DNA of 64,000 bases, from the NCBI RefSeq assembly GCF_006345805.1, contig NC_043004.1:48360001-48424000 (forward strand), read 5' to 3'. Of this stretch, positions 1 to 11,912 are shown one piece after another. This DNA is from Octopus sinensis. Lineage: Eukaryota. Within the stretch, counting starts at the first letter, position 1, and each line of letters begins with the position of its first letter. The position numbers and the translations under genes are program-made. Below the pieces are notes generated by a model, which did not search any database, was not told the DNA's origin, and saw only the letters and a program-made list of their open reading frames with translations.

Positions 1-649
1 GGGCCTCTTCAATATTATATATTGCTAATAGAAATGGATCTACAAAATCTAGTCCTTTCAATATGCACGGAACAACCTTGATGTCAATTTCCTTTATAGA
101 ACACATGTTTTATGATCTAAATTCAATCATTTAATCTACATACAAATGATGCAAAATTCTATACTACTGCTGTTATTATTATGTAATTAAAAATCATTAT
201 TATTATTATTATTATCATTATTAATGTAATTAACTCATATAGGAAATGAACTGTCTTCCATATCATGGCATCATGTACACCAATTGTGAAAAGTGTTTAA
301 TCTGATGAAGATAGATGGCCAAATAAAAGCAATATAGTGGTGTAGTAGTGTACAGCATATCAAGTTATTGTTATGTTCAGGATTGAAGTTTACCAAAGTA
401 TCCTACTAACCTAAGTAATAGGAAGATGGTTGTAGTGATTAAGTAGCTTGTAGCAAAAGTTGTGTGCTATACACTCACATTGAGACATTTACCATGAGTA
501 CAAGTCCAGTTGCTGTCCAAACATGCTACCTGTTTGAAAAGTGTCACCTTTGAAGAATTCATGAAAACGGAAGTAAAATATATTAAACTTTTTTCACTTA
601 CAATGTATGTGGAATAACGCAGCCTTAAACAGCAAATTTCAGCTTTTAA

Positions 650-840
650 TATATATATATCTATATATGCATATGTATACACACACACATATATACATAC
701 ATATGTACACATGCATATGTATATATACATACATATACATATATATTCTTAGTATATACATATATGTTATGTGTGGATGTATGTGTATAATATATATATA
801 TATATATACACACACACACGCACACACACATACACACACT
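650..840. repeat. Compound (TA)n/(CA)n microsatellite
   Basis: Directly visible. Confidence 0.95.
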
Positions 841-1449
841 GCCAATGAAATGCATTATCTCACCATAGCCCAACAGAAATCAATGGTATTCACAAAAGGT
901 GGGGATTAATCACCACAATGGCTCAGTTTTGTTATATTTACTACCAAAAACTGGGACAGATTATTTCTATGAAACAACAAGCAGATTATTTAAGAATCAA
1001 TAATTAAATGATAAAAAATATTAATATCTTAATGAGGAAAATTGTTAACCATAGAGTGTAATAAATATAATTTAATGGAGTTCTAAAGTTGACATATCAA
1101 CAGAGATTGTACATATGTGTGTATATACATACACATATGCACAGCGTTGCTGACGAAATATTACCAATTTGTTAGTGGTAAAAATGATTAAGTTTAGTTG
1201 TTTACACTAGGAAACTATCCAAAACTGATCCAATGTAGTGTACCCCAATGAATGGGTGATCTAATTTTAAAAATCTATCTCAGTTTCAAAAGACCATATA
1301 CTGATGGTAAGAAATTTTGGTAAGAAAACGGCACTAATTATTACAATTTAATCATTTGATGCTGTTAAAAACTGTTAACAATGAACATCTAAATAGGATT
1401 TCAAATAGGTATAATGAATGCAGAGTACGTCATCAGCACAGCATTGACT

Positions 1450-1740
1450 AGAAATCGAGATAGATTTCAAATGATCCCCCTTAAAATAAAAACAGAATGC
1501 ATGAACAATTTTGAATTCCAAAGGTCTCACTGCCGCTTTATTACCCTTCATATGTCTACATGAGTCTTATACAATATAGAACATACATTTCAAATTGGAA
1601 ACTAAAAACTGACGGCATCATCTCTACACAATGTGGACAATAAGTTATTTGATGAGACCGCTCCAACATGTGAAGATGGATACAAAATGACTACAGATCA
1701 TATGATACAATATTGCCTTGAATGTTTCGATTGTTCTCAG
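1450..1740 (+). mobile_element. Possible decayed non-LTR element C-terminal zinc-knuckle region
   Basis: TCEDGYKMTTDHMIQYC resembles CxCG..xTxxHxxxxC. Confidence 0.3.
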
Positions 1741-3984
1741 GATTCAGGGACCCACACATTCAAGGGACCCACACAAAAGATGCATTCTCTCTCACTTTCA
1801 TTATTAATAAGTTTCTTTTTCTCTGAAAACACTGTTGAGACCCTCAATATATAGTTTGTCATTGAAGTTAGAGAAATAGGAGATTTGCGATGTACAAAGC
1901 TTGTTTTAGCAACAGGTCATTTTAAGGGTGAGGGCAGGGAGTGAAGGGCACAAAAATACAAAGTGGAGTCGGTCTGACAGATCAGTTGGCTTCCAATTAA
2001 ATGAGTGATGCTGTCTAACGACATGCTGAAACAGTGCTACCTATTGGGAGACATCCATGGAAATGAGCAGTGGTGGGGCGAATTAGTGCTATAACAAAGT
2101 ATGGTGCTTGAAAGTTAAATATACAGTGTTCCAGCCAGGTAACGATTTAAATAAACTTCCATTTAGCTTTCTGTAAAAGACAAGAGTCAGAACTAAAGTG
2201 TTCTACTCCCAACAATTCTTAGAATATTAGTATTTATAGAGAAAGTAAAGAGAAGTAGGGAGATATGATGAATTTACAATTTTGCAAAATCTGAACTTAA
2301 GACAAAAATTGACTTTTAATTTTTTTTTTTTAACTGCTGGGTATGAAAAAAAATATTGATTACCAGGGAGAGGAGCAGGGGACGCTAATTCAAGAAAATC
2401 AATAAGCCATACTATAACGGAAAGCAATCAGCAAGCAAGTAGTGAAACATCTCTACAGAGGTAGACAGTGTATGTGATTCAATCCACAACCTTCCTAACA
2501 AAACTTCAAACAATTTACACTTTGACATTAAAATAAAACTAAATAAAACCTACTTGCTACAAAAAACAAAATGTCCCAGTTAGATTTTAAAAAAAAAAAA
2601 ATTAAAAAAATAATAACAATGTAGACTGTCCACAACTGACAAAATTAATCAACACATAACGACTGTCCAGATAAAAACATTCTCATTCCAGAAAGAAAAA
2701 GTATAAAAAGAGCGACAAATGTCTCTTCAGAAGATGGTTTGTAGAGGAATGTCTCAGGTGATAACTATCCAATAGTTATGTAGTTCAAGATAAATTTCTC
2801 CTGTGAGAGAAAATGGTCAATGGTTCAATATGAATGGGAATTAATCCATCAACTAAACCATTCTACCATTCATCTAAAGAGATCAAACACAACTATAACC
2901 AACAACTAGAATAATAATATGTATGTCACTAGAGATTTCACAGAAACTTATACAAAAGTCAATCGTCTTTGCTACTTCATCATGCAATAGTAACAAGTTC
3001 TAAAGCAACTAAAATGATAACCGAGTCAAGCTGAAACATTAAGACAACAGCTGTTACAGTCAATGGAAAAGACAGCTAGAATAATATGTTCTTTGAATGG
3101 CTACTGAGAAAGGTCACTGTAGTTATGAAATGGCAAAAGAAAGTTTAGAGAAATATGGAAATATGTTATTAAAATGAGATGTTTGAGAGATTAATTTGAA
3201 GCAGATGAAAAGATGATAAAATTGCTGCAGCTTTCAGCGCTACAACAAAGCTGGACAGTGCTTACCAAACATGAGAATTACCAAACCAGTCATATGAAAC
3301 TATTTCTTCAAAACTGATAATGAAATTTCAGTGAAAATCATTTGCTTCATCAAAGACATGCTGTCAGTCACCCCTGCATTCAATTAGCTACATCCAACAG
3401 TTGTAAGACAATTGGAAAAAGTAGAAAAAATTTGCTGTTTTTTTTTATTTTGTTATTTTTTAAAGTTTTTTTTAATATTTATATTTGTAAATCTAATGAA
3501 ACTGAGATGTTTTGTGAATCCTTACTGATGAACCATTTCAAGAAACACCTGTAATAGAGCAAATAGTAGCTGTTTAAGTAGTAGAATGGCAAGGAATTAT
3601 CTAAAATAAATATTTTGGAATGTCACAACCCATATAGAGGTAAATAATAATAATAATTGTAATAATAATGATGATAATAATAATGGAAAAAAAAAAAGAT
3701 AATGGTTTTGAGAAGCAAATCTAATTGAACAGCAAAGGTAAGTAATAGTTAAAGGGGTCTCCAGATTGTAACTTATATTTCAGTTTTGACCTGTAAATAT
3801 ATATACATATATATACACCACATATATATATACATATATATACATACACAGTTAGTGAACCAGATCTATATCTACAATAACACAACTTCCGCAGTCTCTC
3901 ACAACTATAAGGATAGCACTGAAGAATTAGTAACCCTGTTTTTATTACAATAATATTACATTTCCTAATAACTATTACGTCTGT

Positions 3985-4090
3985 GTCTGTCCCTTTATAT
4001 ACTGGCCACCACAGTATTGCGTCTGTCTTTTCATATACTGGCCACTACAGTATGATGTCCAACCTTTTATATAACCTGCCACTACAACAA
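3985..4090. repeat. 36-bp minisatellite, about 3 copies
   Basis: gtctgtccctttatatactggccaccacagtattgc / gtctgtcttttcatatactggccactacagtatgat / third copy degenerate. Confidence 0.85.
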
Positions 4091-4877
4091 GCTAGATTAG
4101 TTAAATCAAGCCAAATATTTACTGTTTAGAAGACAAAATGTTAGAGACTTAAAGCCAAACAAGTCCTTAGGAACTAAGATAGTCAGTCTTCCTCTTATAG
4201 TCTAAGATATTATTGCATAAAAAGTTTAAACAACTACAATTGATTTTGCTATAAATTACCCAACAGAATTGGTAAAAAGAGAAATTTTGACTTGGAAAAA
4301 TATCAAATTAAAATAAGTGGAATATTTTCCTAGAATTAATTTCTTTGGTTAAACATTTAAGAAAAAATAATTGAGAAAATCTACAAAGGGGGAGCAAAAA
4401 AAAAATCTTAAATTTTAATCACAACTCACAATACATAGTTTTAAATTTTCCTTGGCTAATCTACGAATAAATAAGAAAAAAAAAGTCAGAAATTTGAAAG
4501 AGGATAACACTGGCTGAAACACTGTAAAAGTAATTTCAAATTGAACAGACATTGATCAGTGCCAAGGAAATATTAACCTGATAACAGCATCGAATGCTCA
4601 TTTTTGAGGGTTTATGTACATACAGCTTTTGATGGGAGCTGCCTGATGCCTAGACATGATCTCTGGGGGAAGCCAGCAAGAATAAATAGAAAAAAGAAAA
4701 AAAAAAAAAAAAAGAAATGAAAAATATAATTTTGAAATAATTTTTTTTTTTTCAAATTGAAAAAATGACAATGCAAAAAATGTCCACCACAGTTAGGGTG
4801 GGGAAAAAATGATATAACAACAGAAAAAAAAATTCAATATAAGAGCTCTTAGCTTGAGAAAATCTCCTTGTTAACAT

Positions 4878-4997
4878 AATGGGCACATAGGACTGGAACC
4901 GGAAATTATTGGACATGTAGGGCTGGGTCCAGATGTTATTGGGCACACACAACTGGAACCAGAAGTTAATGGGCACATACAATTGGAACCAGAAGCT
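4878..4997. repeat. 30-bp minisatellite, 4 copies
   Basis: Units start at 4878, 4908, 4938, 4968; consensus aatgggcacatacaactggaaccagaagtt. Confidence 0.9.
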
Positions 4998-7900
4998 GCT
5001 AAAATGATCAATAGACAAACTTGAAATGAGGAGTCTGTATTGAAAATGTTTTTAATTTATATCTAGCATGCCAGATATAAGACTGCTGTGTGTAGGCAAG
5101 AATATAGATATATGTTAGGAAGGGGGTCTAATTCTACTAATGTTGGCACAATTACTGTAAATATTTACAAGGATTAAGAAAAATGTAATGGATTAGATTT
5201 CAGAGAATTTGGATTAACAAAGTAGTATAGTAACAGTAATAGTTTTGTAGTAGTAATAGTACCAAGTAAATTAAAGTTCCATAAAACATTCTTCCACCCA
5301 CCACCCCGCCACACACACCAAGTTTACCTACTACTCTCCTGTTCTAAAAATCACACACACACACACTGGACAAAATAATCTGGAACTAACCAAGAGTATT
5401 CAGTTCAGACATGCAGGAGAAGATCAATCTTTAGCTTCACCAAAGTCTCTCTTGGCAGTCATAAATAGATGTGGAGAATTGCTTCCGTAATGTAAAGATG
5501 GATGAGTTCTAAACACAGAAACCATTCATCATTCAAAACATCACTATTGATGCTGATAGGAGACATAGTTTACATTGAGACACTGGAGTAGGCTACTGGC
5601 AGGTGGTACACGTGCAGACACACACACATACACACAGTGATTCAACTGTTTAAAGTTGAATATAGAAAGAAGATGAATAAATATTGTGTAAGAACACTCA
5701 CACAGTTAATATGGAAGAAAGAGTGTGCTACTTCAGACAGAATTCCCTGCACAACTACTATCTCAATGTTGGTTATATGGCTGTTAATATTGTTCGCCTC
5801 AGATTTGACCCCTTCTATCTCAACAGAGCAGAAATGTAAGAATTAGCAGAAACCAAAATTGTAATAACCATATGAGGTGATATGAGCAGCATTATATAGC
5901 ATTTGGCACTGGAACTGTTTCATTTGGTTTCTGGTAAAGAGAGGAAATCTGAAATTTTAAAGGAAAGCCATAGGAGATTTATATGTGATATTAATGATAT
6001 TTCCACATGTATTAAGGATGGAAGGTAAGGGAAAATGAATCCAACTCACAATCAAGCCTAGATCTTCCCATAGATCTTTACTCATAATTTTAGAGGAAAT
6101 GAGAGCAGTTAACTTCAAATGCCAACCATTATTTTTACATCAAATACCTATTGCTATTATAGTATCTTATACACCACAATTACAAGACACTGAAGACTTG
6201 ACTAGGAAGAATTTTAAATAACAGAAATAAAAAATATTCATGTTTTACTGCTTAAAACATAAAGAAAACCGTCTATGCCCCCCAAAAATCTAAAATGTAA
6301 TAAAACATTAGATTTATTTTAAGCTTAATGATATTTTTCTATTAAATAATTTTAACATTTCCATTGAGAAAATTAGAGAATTACATACTTCTTGGTCCAG
6401 TCTAATGTGCCAATTACTTTCAACAAATGAGAAAACGGTGAAAAGAGCTGTAACTAGAACCAACACTTCCCACACAGAACAGAAGCCACTGAATTGTATC
6501 ATTTTGATTTGGAAAAACTGTTCCCCAGATGTTTAAGGAAACTGAAGGAGGAAGAGACCCAATTTTAGGGAGGAAAAAAAATTAAATAACAAAATTTACT
6601 AAGACGACATAGATTTAAACAGGGGTGTGTGGGGTTTGAAAGAGTTGGTCTTTTAGTAAGTAGATCTAAAGGATTAAAATTTGAAGTTTATGAACAAGTT
6701 TTCATGGCTTTAACAGAGCCAGAAGATGTTGATACATTTTCAAAGTATGAACTATACACACACACATATATATACATATATATACATATATATATATATG
6801 GATGCATACACACACACACACAGGAAAAAAAATTTTTTTTTTTTAACTTTGAATATGTATTCAACACATATTGTAAGAAACATTTTAAGTGAAAGAAATG
6901 AAAATACGGCTTAAAAAATTAGTGGTAATCATGAGAAAGTTTAGGGTCCAGAAAGAACAGGAAGATGGTGAAGTTCAAAGCAGTGGCTTCTTATGCTAGG
7001 CCTCGTGGCAGATATTACATATAGAGGAGAGGGGAAGGGAATTAAAATTTTTAAAAAAAATTGTAATGACATTAAATTGATAATATGAAAATATATATAT
7101 ATATATATATAGCCCTCTGTCACAATAAAAGGTGGACCCTGTATAATTTAGGGTCAGGCTGTCAGGCTATGTACAATTAGAGAGGACAGCATGGGGCAAT
7201 ACACAGTTTTGGTTGTTGTTGTTAGTGTTCTGTCTTCTTGGTTTCCTTTGTAGTTTATATATATAAAAAAAAATCATTGAATATGATTTTTAAAGAAAAC
7301 GAAAAAAAAAAAGAGAAAAACCCAAACACCTAAAAAAAATGGTGCTACAATCATTACACTGGATTGAGGGGTGGGGAATAGTGGAGAAGAGAGAGACAAG
7401 GGGGTTAAAAAGAATAAATTGATGTATGAGAAAGAAGAGATGTGCCTAGTAAGATTAGTTTATAATTAAGTTTGTACATTAGTTTATATATCTCATTGGG
7501 GTTCTTAGCTACAGAAGGTGTTGAAGGTTTGACTTTTCCCCATTAGGGCTACATTAGGGCTTCAAGATACAACTTTCTTTCTCTCTCAGAAAGAGTACCA
7601 GTTTCAAGGTTCAATGTTCTCCCTCTTATCTACAATAAGGTCTTCAAAGTGCCACTGTTTCCCCTCTTAGCTACGATAGAGGGTCCAAGGTGTTTTTTTT
7701 GTTTTTTTCCATGTAGTAGGAAATAGATTGGTTATAATTTTATCTTTACTCAGGTTTAAGCATTTTATTTACCTTTACCCTTTATCTAAACTGGGCTGGC
7801 TGCAGGATGGTGAGGACCAGTAATGATGCAGCCAATAAGAGGTGGGAAGGGTAGAGACATAACAAGCTTAATAAATAAATAATAAATAAGTCTTTTAAAG

Positions 7901-8334
7901 TTGCTGTCTGTGAGTGAATGAATGATGAAGTGATCAAGCGGAAAACATCAAACTCCCATTGGAGGATCTGACAGTGGAAGATTCACACTTGATAACAGCA
8001 GCGGATTTAACAGGTTAGGCAAAGTGTGTAAGAAAACAGCATGGTTTATGATTAGATGGAGTGTATGACCTGCCACAGCAAGAGAGGCAGACAGAGATGG
8101 GATGGGGTAAAGGGAAGAAATTAATGTTGTTTAATAAGCAACAGGATTTGACTAGTTCCCACTAAGCTAAGAAAACCCTTAGGTACCAAGGTCATAGTGA
8201 CATGTTGACCTTTTGCCCATTCTGAAATGTATTTATAGAGTATGAACACACACGCACACATATAAGTGCATACATACACACATACGCATAGATGTTACAC
8301 ATGCATGGAAATATATTTCATTTGATGCATGAGT

Positions 8335-8379
<45 letters not shown>

Positions 8380-9349
8380 TCAAGAATGTTTTTGTTGTTT
8401 TTTTCCTTCTAATTTTAAAAATACAAAAGCTGAATTAAGTAGCTTAAAATGATCAGCCATAGACAAGTTAACGAATATACAGAACAACAACCTCCAACAT
8501 GGCTGCTTACTTAGCAATAGTTATTAATTTATTATTATTATTATTATAAATCTTTAGTGGTTGGAGAAGAACATTTTAGAGGAAGATCATCTTCCAACAC
8601 AGACATTATCAACAGTTTGTGAGTTCAGTTTGCAGTTTAGGGGATGGTTTTTTTATTTTATACTTGAAGGGCTGGCTTAATCTAATAGTTCAGAGCTGGT
8701 TTAATTATATAGATTATAATTTTTCGTGAAAAACAAATTTTTTTCTTTATTATAATTTTTTTTGTTTATATAATGATTAAATCAGTAATTGTGATGATTT
8801 AGTATCTAGTTACATTTTCTTGATGCCCGTCCCACATAATCAAACAAATGCAAAATATATAGAATTAAAATCTCAATTTCTTTTGTATATATGTTTTACA
8901 TGTGTACTTCAGAGTACCATTAGAATGACAATGATGAAGAGAAGGTGGAGGAAGAAGGGTGAAAAAGAAGAGAGAGGGGGTGTATGGTCATGTTGCACAC
9001 CCTAAAAAAATTTATGGACCCCCACCCCCCGAGTAAGCTCATTGTTTACCACCCATCATCTTAAATTGGTGAAGAGAAGAATTGTGTGACATTGGAGCAG
9101 AAGGGGCTGACAAGGGACACAAACATTGTTGTCACACACACACATACACACAACATTTTAAGGGGGGAAAGGAGAGATTGAAAATATTGAAACAATAAAA
9201 ACAAATAAAAATTTTAAAATAAAAATGGGGGTGGGGTCAAACACCTGTCCTGCCACAGAAAAGAAATTTTCTTTTTTTTTTTTTTTTAATGGGGTAGGGC
9301 TATGTTACTTGAAGTTTTTCCATTTTGTGTGTGTGTGTGTAATTAATGA

Positions 9350-9850
9350 TTTGTTAATTAGGCCCAAAGCCATCTGCTGAAGGAGAGTGGGGGAGGGGGA
9401 GTATGGTGCCTCAACCCTTTAGTACATAACTGGTACTGAATTTATCAACCCTGGAGGGAAGAAAGGCAAAGTTGACCCTGGCGAGATTTTTTTACTTACA
9501 AGAGAAGGGACAGGAAAGAGAGTAACTAAATATCATAAAGTATTTAGCTTGGAGCTCTTTCATTTCACTTAACATATCACTTGTTATAATGCTTCAGATA
9601 ATAATAATAATAATGATAATGATAAAAACAATAATAATAATTTCTTATATTGGTATGAGGTCACAAAAATGTTGTTGGAAGGGTCATAACTAATTAAATC
9701 AAAATTAGTGTATGAGTGGTATTTGTTTTATCAAGTTTTATCTGAGGAGGCAATGACAAAAGACCTCATCAGGGCTTGAACCTAAAACAAAAGGATTGAA
9801 CTAAATACTTCAAAGCATTTAGTCCGGCACTCTATTGTTTCTACCACTCC
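9350..9850 (-). mobile_element. Two degenerate SINE family B copies downstream of the stop codon
   Basis: ctggtactgaatttatcaaccctggagggaagaaaggcaaagttgacc (9430-9480) and a second copy at 9640-9850. Confidence 0.65.
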
Positions 9851-10336
9851 GATGATGATGATGATGATAATAATAATAATAATAATAATAATGTGTAGCT
9901 TAATACAAAACCCTTTCAAGTGGTTTACATTGGTATGCATCAACCAGAAGAAAATAACCTCAAACCAAGTGGGTAGGGTAAGGATGGAGGAGTCTGTTTC
10001 ACTTTTTTTTTTCTTGAACCTATTTAACCATGAGATCAGAACTGACCAGTAGTTGTTGTTGCTTTGGTTTTAAACAACAATAGAGTTGGTTGTTTGATGT
10101 GAAAAATAAACAGACATGCAAGGCTTAAAGCAAAAAAAAAAATATATATATAAAAAGGAGGGGGGGTAGGTATTTTTGTTAAACATTATTAACCAGGCAA
10201 CAATTTTAGAGTCTAACAGCAAGAATACAGGAAGTGGTGGTAGGGGTCTGAAAGAGGGGGAAAGAAAACAAATCTTACAACCAACCACTACCCACACTAT
10301 ACAGACGGGTGGGGCAGGGGGGGAGAAAAATAAAAG

Positions 10337-10389
<53 letters not shown>

Positions 10390-11031
10390 AGGTAGGGGTG
10401 GAAACATAATGCAAAAATGGAATGAAAAAGTTCTTAAAATGTTTGCCTTGAAGACTTACTCCTTGTCTTCAAACAATCCTCTATTTGTCCACAACACAGG
10501 GGTGTTATGTGAGACTAAAGGATTAGGGCTAAAGGGGTTGGGTGGGGAGAGAGAGAGAGAGAGAGCTAGAACAATATGATCATAAAGGGGGGTGGGTGAA
10601 GATTTTGGTCTGTCTAAATAGTAGTACAGTTTATCACAATAGAGCTGGGACAGTAGCTCTCTCTCACGGAGTACACAATATTCTGGAGCTTAATAATAAT
10701 AGTTGTTACACTTATAATTGTAGGAGTAGTAAGATGTAGAAATAACTTGTTGTAGAACAGAAGTTTTGTTACATTTTTTTGTTTTTGTTTTTATAGCAGG
10801 GTCTTTTCTTAAATTTCATTTAAAGTTGTTTTTATAGTCTGTATCAGACCGACTCCTTAGATAGGAAACATGGGAGACAGGGTACAAGAAAATATCAGTA
10901 ACAGGTGGGTAGGTGACTGCTTCAAAAAATGTCACAGCAAGCAAAATAAAATTGAAGAAATATGTAGTAGCAAAATGGAGGCAAGAATTTTTTTGTGATT
11001 TGTTTCAGAACAATGGAATGGGGCAGGGATA

Positions 11032-11034
<3 letters not shown>

Positions 11035-11119
<85 letters not shown>

Positions 11120-11510
11120 ATGTATGTGTGTATTTGTGTGTGTGCGTGTGTAAATATATTTATTATACACACACACACACAAATGCAAACATATATACAC
11201 ATGCATACACACATATACCAACACACACACACACCACAAACATGCGCATATACATATATATGTGTATATATGTCTGTGTGCCTGTAACTGCATAAGTATG
11301 TGCTGTGTGTATATATTACATATATACATATGTATATATACTCACATATGCACACAATTTTATACATATATATGTATATATATATATTATTTATTTATAT
11401 ATAAATATACATATATACACACACACATACAATTATACATATATATATATATACAAACACACACACACACACATGCACATACATACACACAGTTATATAA
11501 ATATATTCTT
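11035..11510. repeat. Compound (TA)n/(CA)n/(TG)n microsatellite field in the presumptive 3' UTR
   Basis: Directly visible; source of several spurious ORFs. Confidence 0.95.
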
Positions 11511-11807
11511 TTTATTTTGGAAATAAAAGTAAAAACAAAAAAATATAATAATTGTGATGATAATAATAATAATAATTAGTTATAATAATTAAATTAAGAC
11601 ATGGAACACAATGAGTAAACAAACAGTGCTAAGGTAGGCCCTAATCCCTCAGTACACTCGCCAACACCTGGGTCTCAGCTCAGCGCTATGGTCGGGTGGC
11701 AGTGCCCTTACTTCCTTCCTTCTTTCCTTCCTTCGCGCTCACTTCCCATAAATACAAACCATAAATAGCAGAATAATTTACACGCTACTTGCTCTTTCCG
11801 TTAACAG

Positions 11808-11912
11808 TTATGGCATGAAATATTCTGGGTGGTCGGCCTCTTTTTCAAATCGTTTTGCCTCCTCCTGCATAGATTCCTTTATCTTAAGGATAGCTGCCGA
11901 TTCATTTTGATC
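11808..11912 (-). CDS. SSBP3: SSDP terminal coding exon: DQNESAAILKIKESMQEEAKRFEKEADHPEYFMP*
   Basis: gatttttcag|GATCAA...CCATAA, 105 nt including stop; near-identical to the insect Ssdp C-terminus as I recall it. Confidence 0.95.
   Translation of the reverse strand, partial: DQNESAAILKIKESMQEEAKRFEKEADHPEYFMP

Noticed and set aside
467-909. ORFs rich in Y/I/C/V/H/T (also 10922-11579, 43680-43961, 55698-56007 and others)
   Set aside because: Translations of (TA)n/(CA)n/(TG)n microsatellites; no coding signal
5391-5508. Minus-strand exon-like segment with tgtttag acceptor and gttagt donor
   Set aside because: Stops in all three frames and no supporting homology
5737-5835. Plus-strand 99-nt exon-like segment (cttcag|ACAG...GAAAT|gtaag; QNSLHNYYLNVGYMAVNIVRLRFDPFYLNRAE)
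   Set aside because: Weak pyrimidine tract, no partner exons and no recognisable homology; such site pairs arise by chance
6629-6760. Plausible-looking peptide KGLKFEVYEQVFMALTEPEDVDTFSKYELY
   Set aside because: Runs straight into microsatellite; no credible splice sites or known motif
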